In this document: piece after piece, positions 49,974 through 58,258 of the stretch
How positions within the stretch are numbered: the stretch's first letter is position 1
Layout: every line of letters begins with the position of its first letter
From: an uncultured Ignavibacteriota bacterium
Lineage (GTDB): Bacteria > Bacteroidota > Ignavibacteria > UBA10030 > BY39
Assembly (NCBI GenBank): GCA_947085405.1
Contig: CAMTWO010000013.1
Location: 84,193 to 148,192 of the forward strand
Direction of reading: 5' to 3'
Length of the DNA stretch: 64,000 nt
Notes under the pieces: model-generated
Seen by the model: only the letters and a program-made list of their open reading frames with translations
Told to the model about the DNA's origin: nothing
The model's database searches: none
Position numbers and translations under genes: made by a program

Positions 49974-50245
49974 TGTTTTTACAATTTTGGATTTTATTTA
50001 TGATCGTCGGGCTTACCATTTCGATGTGGGTTTTTTATTGGGCTGTTCGCAAAGGGCAGTTCGAAGAACAAGACAGGGCAAAATATTTGCCTCTGTTACA
50101 CCCGCCACAAACAAATAATACGACAGATGTTTTAAAGGGCGAACAAAAATTTGTCTGGTCGCCTGAACTTATTAGTTTACTGATTGCTATGTTTTTAGCA
50201 TTAACGGCAATCGCGAGAATGCTTTATATCGTTTTTACAAATTAA
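49973..50245 (+). CDS. Small membrane protein, CcoS/FixS- or CcoQ-like
   Basis: 90 aa with a TAATG overlap to ccoO and an AGGAGG SD. The N-terminal TM is followed by RKGQFEEQD, which resembles the CcoS R-x-GQ-[FY]-[DE][DE] motif. Confidence 0.45.
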   Translation: MFLQFWILFMIVGLTISMWVFYWAVRKGQFEEQDRAKYLPLLHPPQTNNTTDVLKGEQKFVWSPELISLLIAMFLALTAIARMLYIVFTN

Positions 50246-50262
50246 TTTGAAAGGATATTTAT

Positions 50263-50529
50263 ATGCCTCCGTATGAAATTTTGCAGGAACAATATATACT
50301 CCTTGCTTTGTTAGGCGGGACTGTGCTTGTTACTTTTTTGTATGTTGCGATAAACACATTCCGTACATATAAACGAAAAGAAGCAACTGAAAAAATAGAA
50401 AAATTTCCCGACGGAATTACTGAAGGACATAAACCGATTCCTCTTTTTCTGATTTTACTTTACATCGCATATTTTCTGTGGGCGATTATTTACGTTGGAG
50501 CTGTTGCAATTTGGGGTTTTAATTTTTAA
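50263..50529 (+). CDS. Small two-TM membrane protein (oxidase-associated, unknown)
   Basis: 88 aa with a good SD and two hydrophobic helices. Confidence 0.35.
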   Translation: MPPYEILQEQYILLALLGGTVLVTFLYVAINTFRTYKRKEATEKIEKFPDGITEGHKPIPLFLILLYIAYFLWAIIYVGAVAIWGFNF

Positions 50530-50541
50530 AAAGGAAATAAT

Positions 50542-50775
50542 ATGGAAGAAAACAAAAAAGATAAATTAAAAGGCTGGATACTCGTTGGTGCTGCGATAGT
50601 TTTTATGGTAGGATATTTTTTATACACATATCTCTTCCTGAAAGATGCCCCACCCGAAAATTGGAATTTCGGTACGACTCCGTTTGTTCCAGGTTCTTCA
50701 AACCAAGCTGTGGAGAATTATGATAAAAAGCAGCCGCCAATGCAAACAGTTAAAATTGATTCTTTAAAAAAGTAA
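50542..50775 (+). CDS. Small single-TM membrane protein (oxidase-associated, unknown)
   Basis: 77 aa with a good SD and one TM helix. Confidence 0.35.
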   Translation: MEENKKDKLKGWILVGAAIVFMVGYFLYTYLFLKDAPPENWNFGTTPFVPGSSNQAVENYDKKQPPMQTVKIDSLKK

Positions 50776-50787
50776 AGGATTACAGGT

Positions 50788-51279
50788 ATGATAAATATTA
50801 CTGCTTTATTATTAATATCGCTGTTACTGATAGGGTGTGAATACGGACGAATGTATGACCAACCGAATCCGAGACCGACTAAAATTGTTCAGCAGACTGT
50901 TCCTGAAAACATAGTGCAGAGCACTAAAGGTTACGGTGAACGGGAAATGAAAGTCAACCCATACCAACCAACAGGAGAAAATTTAAAGTTCGGTCAGAAA
51001 ACGTATCGAGCATTCTGCCGCCATTGTCACGGTGCCGATTGGAAAGGTCATACTCACGTTGGCGATGGTTTCCCTGTGCCGCCAACCGATTTAAACCTGC
51101 AACAAATCCAAACTAAACCCGACTCTGATTTTTATGCACATATATATTATGGTGGGAAATACTCGCCGGCTTTGGGCACAAACATGTCCGACGAAGAAAT
51201 ATGGAAAGTGATTATGTTAATTAAAACCGGGAGAACCAAAACAATTGATTCGTGTGTTGTAAACATACCTATTAACTAG
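50788..51279 (+). CDS. Monoheme c-type cytochrome lipoprotein (possible ActE/CcoP-like electron carrier)
   Basis: 163 aa with a lipobox (LLLIGC) and a single CRHCH heme motif. It has class I cytochrome c features. Confidence 0.65.
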   Translation: MINITALLLISLLLIGCEYGRMYDQPNPRPTKIVQQTVPENIVQSTKGYGEREMKVNPYQPTGENLKFGQKTYRAFCRHCHGADWKGHTHVGDGFPVPPTDLNLQQIQTKPDSDFYAHIYYGGKYSPALGTNMSDEEIWKVIMLIKTGRTKTIDSCVVNIPIN

Positions 51280-51350
51280 ACTAGAACAAGCATCTTTTTG
51301 CATCTCCACCACATTTTTCTTATCTTAATTCAACTCAAAGAAAAAATATT

Positions 51351-51560
51351 ATGCTTATTATTCAACCACAAAAAGTAACTTCAAGCGAAATTGTATTAAA
51401 GAAAAGCGATTTTGAAGAACTTATCAAACGAGCCAATCAAGTTGAAAAAGTAATTATTACAAAATCAGATAATACATATCGTTTAGAAGATGTAGAATTT
51501 ACATTACATGATATTTGGGATAATCAGGACGACGAAATAATATGGCAGAAGTATTTGTAA
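51351..51560 (+). CDS. Putative antitoxin partnered with the MazF-like toxin
   Basis: 69 aa ORF immediately upstream of, and overlapping by 19 nt, a MazF/PemK-like gene. Its sequence is not diagnostic. Confidence 0.4.
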   Translation: MLIIQPQKVTSSEIVLKKSDFEELIKRANQVEKVIITKSDNTYRLEDVEFTLHDIWDNQDDEIIWQKYL

Positions 51561-51826
51561 ACCAACGAGAAATATGGTTGTGTCCATTCCCATTTTCTGA
51601 TCTGTCAGGTAAAAAAGTACGCCCTGTTCTAATTCTATCCAACGAAACATATAATTCTTCGTGTCAAGATGTTGTCGTTTGTGCAGTTACTGCACAAATC
51701 AAATACCAACCGTATTCAATAGTAGTTGGCCAAAGAAATTGTGAACAAGGCAATTTGTTGCACGAATCAGCAATCAAAGTGGATTCGTTATTTAAGCTGA
51801 ATAAAAATTTATTGTTAAAATCTTAA
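51542..51826 (+). CDS. MazF/PemK-family endoribonuclease toxin
   Basis: 94 aa. REIWLCPFPFSDLSGKKVRPVLILSNETYNSSCQDVVVCAVTAQ parallels E. coli MazF GDLIWVDFDPTKGSEQAGHRPAVVLSPFMYNNKTGMCLCVPCTTQ. Confidence 0.7.
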   Translation: MAEVFVNQREIWLCPFPFSDLSGKKVRPVLILSNETYNSSCQDVVVCAVTAQIKYQPYSIVVGQRNCEQGNLLHESAIKVDSLFKLNKNLLLKS

Positions 51827-51837
51827 TAAAGGAAACA

Positions 51838-52929
51838 ATGAATAACATAAATATAGATAATATTCTGAATGCTTTAAAAGTTGTTATAGACCCCGACCTA
51901 CACAAAGATATAGTTACACTTGGGTTTGTAAAAGACATTAAGATAGACAATAGAGATGTAAGTTTCAAAATAGAATTAACAACACCCGCCTGTCCGGTGC
52001 GAGATCAGTTCAAGATGGCTGCTACAAAAGCTATCAGGGATGCTTTTCCGGAAGTCGGCGACATCCAGATTGAAATGACGAGCAGCGTTCGTAGAGCACC
52101 GCAGCTCAATTTGAACAACATACTGACTAATGTAAAAAACACAATCGCCATTGCCAGTGGTAAAGGCGGCGTTGGCAAATCGACTGTTGCCGTAAATTTA
52201 GCAGTAGCTTTAGCTCAGGATGGCGCCAAAGTTGGCTTGATAGATTCCGATATTTACGGTCCGAGCATTCCGCTGATGATGGGTATAAACGCTTCTCCAA
52301 AGTTGATAAAGAACAAATTAATACCACTTGAGGCTCACGGTGTAAAAGTAATGTCGATTGGTTTTTTAGTCGATCCGAATCAGGCAGTTATTTGGCGCGG
52401 TCCAATGGCAAGCGGAGCTGTAAGGCAATTTATGACCGATGTTGAATGGGGCGATTTAGATTACTTGATTTTCGATTTGCCTCCGGGAACCGGCGATATC
52501 CAATTAACACTCGTGCAAACAATTCCTTTGTCGGGTGCAGTAATCGTTACGACGCCACAGGATATTTCACTTGCCGATGCCCGCAAAGGTTACGCAATGT
52601 TCGAGAAGGTGAACGTCCCGATTCTCGGCATCATCGAAAATATGAGCTATTTTATCTGTTCGCATTGTGGTCAGCGTGAGGAAATATTTTCGTACGGTGG
52701 TGGTCGGAAAGAAGCCCAAGAGTTGGGCACCCAGTTTTTAGGCGAGATTCCGATTGATACAAAGATTCGCATCGGTGGCGATGTTGGTGTGCCGATTGTT
52801 GCACAGGATAAAAACTCTCCTCAGTCAACGGCAATCAAAAACATTGCCCGCAATATGGTTGCACAATTAAGTATTAATGCCATTAATGGAATTACGACAA
52901 AAAGAGTAGAAGTAAATTTAAACATTTAA
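51838..52929 (+). CDS. apbC: Fe-S cluster carrier ATPase Mrp/ApbC (NBP35 family) with an N-terminal DUF59/MIP18 domain
   Basis: 363 aa with a deviant Walker A (IAIASGKGGVGKSTVAVNLA) and a CxxC motif (CSHC). Confidence 0.9.
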   Translation: MNNINIDNILNALKVVIDPDLHKDIVTLGFVKDIKIDNRDVSFKIELTTPACPVRDQFKMAATKAIRDAFPEVGDIQIEMTSSVRRAPQLNLNNILTNVKNTIAIASGKGGVGKSTVAVNLAVALAQDGAKVGLIDSDIYGPSIPLMMGINASPKLIKNKLIPLEAHGVKVMSIGFLVDPNQAVIWRGPMASGAVRQFMTDVEWGDLDYLIFDLPPGTGDIQLTLVQTIPLSGAVIVTTPQDISLADARKGYAMFEKVNVPILGIIENMSYFICSHCGQREEIFSYGGGRKEAQELGTQFLGEIPIDTKIRIGGDVGVPIVAQDKNSPQSTAIKNIARNMVAQLSINAINGITTKRVEVNLNI

Positions 52930-52935
52930 ACTGCG

Positions 52936-53181
52936 ATGGAATCAAAAGAAAAATCGCTAGTCGAACGTATTGAAGAAGCCCTTAATTTTTGCAGGCCTTA
53001 TCTTCAAGCCGATGGCGGCGATGTCGAGTTTGTAAACGTCAGTGATGACGGAATCGTAAACTTACGTTATTTAGGTGTCTGCAAAAATTGTCCCCTCTCG
53101 CTTTTAACTTTGCGAGCAGGAATCGAACGTTCGGTTTTAAAAAATGCACCCGAAGTGAAAAGGGTGGAATTAGTAGCGTGA
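52936..53181 (+). CDS. NifU-like (Nfu C-terminal domain) Fe-S scaffold protein
   Basis: 81 aa with the motif RPYLQADGGDVEFVNV...GVCKNCP (CxxC). Confidence 0.75.
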   Translation: MESKEKSLVERIEEALNFCRPYLQADGGDVEFVNVSDDGIVNLRYLGVCKNCPLSLLTLRAGIERSVLKNAPEVKRVELVA

Positions 53182-53317
53182 ACAGAATCTTAATGTATAT
53201 CTCAATAAACTAAAAGCACCAAAGATAAACCGCTTCAGTGGTTTTCAACGATGAACGCTCAACGTGAGTTATATTAATCATAAAAAATAAACCGTTAGGT
53301 AACGAAAGGAGTAACAA

Positions 53318-54619
53318 ATGAATTATCCGTTCTGGGATATTCCTTTTATTGGTGGTGGAATACTTATTGGCTTTGTAGCCATTATACATACATTCGTAGC
53401 TCAATTTGCAATCGGTGGTGGACTGTTTCTTGTCCTTACCGAACACAAAGCTTACCGCGAAAATAATCCCAAAATTATAGACTATCTAAAAATCCATTCT
53501 AAATTTTTTATCCTCCTCACACTCGTATTTGGCGCACTTACTGGTGTTGCGATCTGGTTTACCATCGGACTTGTAACGCCGATGGCTACTTCTTCACTGA
53601 TTCATATATTTGTTTGGGGATGGGCAATCGAGTGGGTCTTTTTTTTCATCGAAATCGCCGCTGCTATGATTTACTACTACACGTGGGACAAGCTCGACAG
53701 GAAAACTCATCTAACAATTGGTTGGATTTATTTTATCGCGGCGTGGATGAGTTTGTTCGTTATCAACGGCATACTCACATTTATGCTCACACCCGGCGAT
53801 TGGCTGCAAACTAAAAGTTTCTGGGATGCGTTTTTCAATCCCACGATGCTGCCATCACTCGTAATGCGAACTGCTGTAACTATCGCACTGGCAGGGCTAT
53901 ATGCTCTATTGACTTCGTCAAATTTAAAAGACGATGACCTCAGGAAAACAATGGTAAAATATTCAGCTAAATGGCTCGTTCTTCCGTTTATCATTATGCC
54001 TATCGGTGGTTTGTGGTTCGTGATGACGCTGCCCGACATGGCGTTCGATATAATTTCCGGCGGTGCACCCGCAGTTACTCTATTTGCTGCTGCGGGAGTT
54101 TTCTTTTCAATTCTAATTTTTGTGTTCGCATACTTTTTACCTTACCGTCATCCGGAAAGATTTCCCGTAGCGTTAGCTGTTTTATTCCTGATGTTAGGAT
54201 TATCAGTAACCGCTGTAAGCGAATGGGTGCGCGAAGCAATCCGAAAGCCATTCATCATATACGATTATATGTATTCAAATAATGTCTTTAAAACCGAAGC
54301 TGATAATTTTAGAATTGCCGGTATCTTGCCATCTGCAAAATGGGCGGCAGTGAATTCAGTGGATGAAGCAAATATTATGAAAGCAGGCGAACAAGTTTTT
54401 AAACTTCAATGCCAAAGCTGCCACACTGTTCAAGGTTATAACGGAATTAAAATATTAACAAAGGGCTGGCAGGAGCCATTCATCGAAAACCAAATCGAAC
54501 ATTTGAACCAACTTAAAGGATTTATGCCGCCTTTTATGGGTTCAGAATCTGAAAAGAAAGCACTTGCAAAATGGTTGTACGAATTGAATAAAACTGAAAA
54601 AATTATTAGAAATCAATAA
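53318..54619 (+). CDS. Cytochrome bd-family (CydA-like) membrane protein fused to a C-terminal monoheme cytochrome c domain, paralog 1
   Basis: 433 aa with an AAGGAG SD. The N-terminus (IIHTFVAQFAIGGGLFLVLTE) and WGWAIEWVFFFIEIAAAMIYYYTW resemble the CydA helix-I His and helix-III glutamate region. The C-terminus has CQSCH...MPPFMG. Confidence 0.6.
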   Translation: MNYPFWDIPFIGGGILIGFVAIIHTFVAQFAIGGGLFLVLTEHKAYRENNPKIIDYLKIHSKFFILLTLVFGALTGVAIWFTIGLVTPMATSSLIHIFVWGWAIEWVFFFIEIAAAMIYYYTWDKLDRKTHLTIGWIYFIAAWMSLFVINGILTFMLTPGDWLQTKSFWDAFFNPTMLPSLVMRTAVTIALAGLYALLTSSNLKDDDLRKTMVKYSAKWLVLPFIIMPIGGLWFVMTLPDMAFDIISGGAPAVTLFAAAGVFFSILIFVFAYFLPYRHPERFPVALAVLFLMLGLSVTAVSEWVREAIRKPFIIYDYMYSNNVFKTEADNFRIAGILPSAKWAAVNSVDEANIMKAGEQVFKLQCQSCHTVQGYNGIKILTKGWQEPFIENQIEHLNQLKGFMPPFMGSESEKKALAKWLYELNKTEKIIRNQ

Positions 54620-55933
54620 ATGAATTATCCAATCTGGGAAGTACCAATAATCGGCGGCGGTTGGCTAATCGGTATTGTCGCGGTGATACACGTGTTCGTT
54701 GCCCACTTTGCTGTGGGAGGCGGATTGTTCCTTGTTCTTACCGAACGGAAAGCATACCGCACGAACGATTTAAATATTTTAAACTATGTAAAAAAACATA
54801 CCAAATTTTTTCTGTTATTAACAATTGTCTTCGGTGCGTTAACCGGAGTAGCAATCTGGTTCACAATCGGACTCGTTAATCCGCAGGCAACATCGGCCCT
54901 TATACACATTTTCCTTTGGGGATGGGCAATCGAGTGGGTCTTCTTTTTTATAGAAATCGCTGCGGTTATGATTTACTTTTATACTTGGGATAAAATTAGC
55001 CGAAGAACTCATCTGGTAATCGGCTGGATTTACTTCATTTCAGCGTGGATGAGTATGGTAGTCATCAACGGTATTTTATCGTTTATGCTAACACCGGGTG
55101 CATGGACTCAAACACGAGATTTCTGGGATGGCTTAATTAATCCTACTTATTTTTCATCTTTAGCTTTCAGAACTCTTACGGCGATTGTCTTGGCGGGAAT
55201 ATATGCACTATTCACAGCTTCGTTATTGAAAGATAAAAAAGTTAAACAAACGATCGTTAAATATTCAAGCAAGTGGGTGCTGCCATTTATGCTTCTGCTT
55301 CCGCTGGCAGGGCTTTGGTATTATCTGACGCTGCCCGAAATTCCGCGCGAAATAATTTTAGGCGGAATTACTTTCGTTTCTGATACGGCAATTTTCGGTT
55401 TGATTGCCGGCGCCCTGATCTTCATAACAGTTTTGATAATGGGATTTCTAAAACCAAATTTATACAACACTCCCATAGCTGTTTTCGTACTTCTATTGGG
55501 TTTGGCTTCGATGTTTGCCGGCGAGCGGGTGCGCGAATCGGTCCGCAAACCTTTTGTGCTTGTTGATTATATGTACTCGAATGGATTGCTTTTAAGTGAA
55601 TTCGATAAAATTAAAGAAACCGGTTTAATCAAGAACTCGAAGTGGTCGAAGATGAAGGAAGTGAACGAACAAAATCAACTTGAAGCAGGCAAGGAAGCAT
55701 TCAAGCTGTACTGTTCGAGCTGCCATATCATAAACGGTTACAACGATGTAAAGCCGCTGATAACTGAATACGATGTAGAGATGCTGACAATGATAATAAG
55801 CGATTTAGAAAATTTTAAGGGTTATATGCCGAAGTTTGCAGGCACTGAAACCGAAGCTGCTGCGATAGCAAAATGGTTAGTAGAATTTAATAAAGAAAAT
55901 AATCCGTTAGCTAACGGAAGGAGAAAAAAATGA
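54620..55933 (+). CDS. Cytochrome bd-family (CydA-like) membrane protein fused to a C-terminal monoheme cytochrome c domain, paralog 2
   Basis: 437 aa. It is collinear with paralog 1 (HVFVAHFAVGGGLFLVLTE, WGWAIEWVFFFIEIAAVMIYFYTW), with a C-terminal CSSCH...MPKFAG. Confidence 0.6.
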   Translation: MNYPIWEVPIIGGGWLIGIVAVIHVFVAHFAVGGGLFLVLTERKAYRTNDLNILNYVKKHTKFFLLLTIVFGALTGVAIWFTIGLVNPQATSALIHIFLWGWAIEWVFFFIEIAAVMIYFYTWDKISRRTHLVIGWIYFISAWMSMVVINGILSFMLTPGAWTQTRDFWDGLINPTYFSSLAFRTLTAIVLAGIYALFTASLLKDKKVKQTIVKYSSKWVLPFMLLLPLAGLWYYLTLPEIPREIILGGITFVSDTAIFGLIAGALIFITVLIMGFLKPNLYNTPIAVFVLLLGLASMFAGERVRESVRKPFVLVDYMYSNGLLLSEFDKIKETGLIKNSKWSKMKEVNEQNQLEAGKEAFKLYCSSCHIINGYNDVKPLITEYDVEMLTMIISDLENFKGYMPKFAGTETEAAAIAKWLVEFNKENNPLANGRRKK

Positions 55934-57060
55934 TAGATCAAACGATGATTCCCGATATCGACCCTATAGCTTTACCCGCACCGATATGGCTATTGAAATT
56001 TTTATTGCTGTTTACTTTTACACTCCACATTCTCGCTATGAATGTGGCAGTGGGGGGTGGTTTTGTTGCTGCTTTTACTGAATTCTTTGGAAAGAAAAAG
56101 AAAAGCCAAAATCATTTCGACTTGAGTCGCGGGATTGCCAAAATGCTGCCACCGTTCACAGCATTCACAATTACATTAGGCGTTGCACCCCTTTTGTTCT
56201 TACAGGTTTTATACGGTCAGTTCTTTTATACATCTACTATTTTAATGGCTTGGCCCTGGTTATCGGTTATCGTAATTTTTATTTTAGCTTATTACGGTTA
56301 CTATATTTTCTCATTCAGATGGGAAAAGCTAAACGGCAAAAGATTATGGGTAGTGCTGATAAGTGCCACAATGTTAGCAACGATAGGTCTGATTTACGTA
56401 AACAATATCGTTTTGATGCTTACCCCCGAAAAATGGAAAGCGATGTACTTTGCTAATCCACACGGAACACACATGAATTTTGATGACGCCACACTTATAC
56501 CTCGCTATTTGCATTATATGATTTCAGCATTAGCAGTAGCTGGTGTAGTTGTTATAATGTGGGGGATGAGAAAGCTGAAAACTAACGAACAACTTGGGAA
56601 GTGGGCAATCCGTTATGGCGCCTGGTGGTTTTTAATTCCCACGTTTATAAATATCGGTGTAGGGGTGTGGTGGTTGATTTCCTTACCGCGTGAATTTATG
56701 TTGATGTTTATGGGGGGGAATTCGCTTGCTACCGGCTACTTCTTGGTTGGACTTGCTTCGATATTTATTAGTATCATGTTAATGTTTGTTGGAATGAATG
56801 CCGCTAAACCGATTGGAAAAATAATGGCTGCGAAGTTATTCTTTCTAATAACTATCGTAACGATGATTTTGATGCGGCACGAATTACGCGAAGAATATCT
56901 GAAACCATACATCAATTGGGATGCAGTCAGAACCGAACCGCAGTGGGGTGTAATAATAATTTTCGCATTACTACTCGTCGGTGGTTTGATTACGGTTATC
57001 TGGATGTTGAAAAAATCTTTTGCAAAACCGGCTAATATCACTCAGACTGATATTCAATAA
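55930..57060 (+). CDS. Degenerate CydA-like membrane paralog without a heme c domain (CydA'-type partner candidate)
   Basis: 376 aa with the same N-terminal architecture (LHILAMNVAVGGGFVAAFTE). The conserved glutamates of the helix-III motif are replaced (ILMAWPWLSVIVIFILAYYGYY), and there is no CxxCH. Confidence 0.5.
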   Translation: MIDQTMIPDIDPIALPAPIWLLKFLLLFTFTLHILAMNVAVGGGFVAAFTEFFGKKKKSQNHFDLSRGIAKMLPPFTAFTITLGVAPLLFLQVLYGQFFYTSTILMAWPWLSVIVIFILAYYGYYIFSFRWEKLNGKRLWVVLISATMLATIGLIYVNNIVLMLTPEKWKAMYFANPHGTHMNFDDATLIPRYLHYMISALAVAGVVVIMWGMRKLKTNEQLGKWAIRYGAWWFLIPTFINIGVGVWWLISLPREFMLMFMGGNSLATGYFLVGLASIFISIMLMFVGMNAAKPIGKIMAAKLFFLITIVTMILMRHELREEYLKPYINWDAVRTEPQWGVIIIFALLLVGGLITVIWMLKKSFAKPANITQTDIQ

Positions 57061-57331
57061 TGAACATGTGTTTTAAAAATTTTGTGATAATTCAGAAGAT
57101 CTAACTCAACCCTGCACAGTTTAATCCCAGTGGGGCTGTCCCCAAAGTAGGTTTTCTCGATACATCCCGCCGCTTTCAGCGTCGGGACACTCGAGAACCG
57201 ACTAAATTAGCCGGTTCTCGAGTAGCAACGACGTAGTCGGTGCGTATCGAGAGAACATATAAGACAGCCGATAAGTTGGATGTTTCAGAAAACCAAATCT
57301 CAAATCTCAAAACCCAAATAGGAACTTAACT

Positions 57332-58114
57332 ATGTTTGAACAAATATCTCATTTACCAATCGTTGTGCTAGGATTAGCGGCAAGTTTTGCGGCAGGATTC
57401 GCAACGTTCATAGGCGCACTCCCAATTTTGTTTTTTAAAAATATCTCACAAAAACTTCAGGATATAATGATGGGCTTTGGCGCCGGTGTTATGCTGGCAG
57501 CAACTTCCTTTTCGCTGATAATCCCTGGTATCGAAGCCGCTGGCGGTGGCGTCAATGCCGCATTAATAGTTGTTGCCGGGATGTTATTGGGCGGAATATT
57601 TCTCTGGCTCACAGATAAATATTCGCCGCACGAACATTTCATTTCGGGACCTGAAGGAGCAAGTAAAGCCAATCTAAAACGAATATGGCTTTTTATTATT
57701 GCAATTACATTACACAATTTTCCTGAAGGTTTAGCAGTCGGTGTCGGTTTCGGCGGCGGCGATGTGAACAACGGTTTCACACTTGCAATAGGTATCGGAT
57801 TGCAAAATATACCGGAAGGTTTAGTTGTAGCCCTCGCTTTGATAGGCGAAAAATATTCTGTCGGCAAAGCTCTTTGGATTTCTCTTCTAACCGGTATGGT
57901 TGAACCGATAGGTGGGTTGTTAGGTGTCGGATTAGTTAGTATTTCTCAACCCATCTTACCGTGGGGTTTGGCTTTTGCTGCCGGTGCGATGTTATTTGTT
58001 ATCAGCGACGAGATTATTCCTGAATCGCACCGAAAAGGTTTTGAAACCGAAGCAACATTCGGAGTGATGATTGGTTTTGTGATAATGATGTTTCTGGATG
58101 TAACGTTAGGATAA
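57332..58114 (+). CDS. ZIP family divalent metal (Zn2+/Fe2+) transporter, ZupT-like
   Basis: 260 aa with the ZIP signatures HNFPEGLAVG and QNIPEGLVVA. Confidence 0.85.
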   Translation: MFEQISHLPIVVLGLAASFAAGFATFIGALPILFFKNISQKLQDIMMGFGAGVMLAATSFSLIIPGIEAAGGGVNAALIVVAGMLLGGIFLWLTDKYSPHEHFISGPEGASKANLKRIWLFIIAITLHNFPEGLAVGVGFGGGDVNNGFTLAIGIGLQNIPEGLVVALALIGEKYSVGKALWISLLTGMVEPIGGLLGVGLVSISQPILPWGLAFAAGAMLFVISDEIIPESHRKGFETEATFGVMIGFVIMMFLDVTLG

Positions 58115-58258
58115 ATGGATAGATGGATGAATGCCCGCCTGCCTTAAAGGATTCAATATAGCGGGCAGGGATGTGTGGATTGATTGATTGGTGGATTTGT
58201 TGGCTGGTTGGGAAAACATATTTAGATATTTTTTGATAATCCGAAATCTTATATCTAA

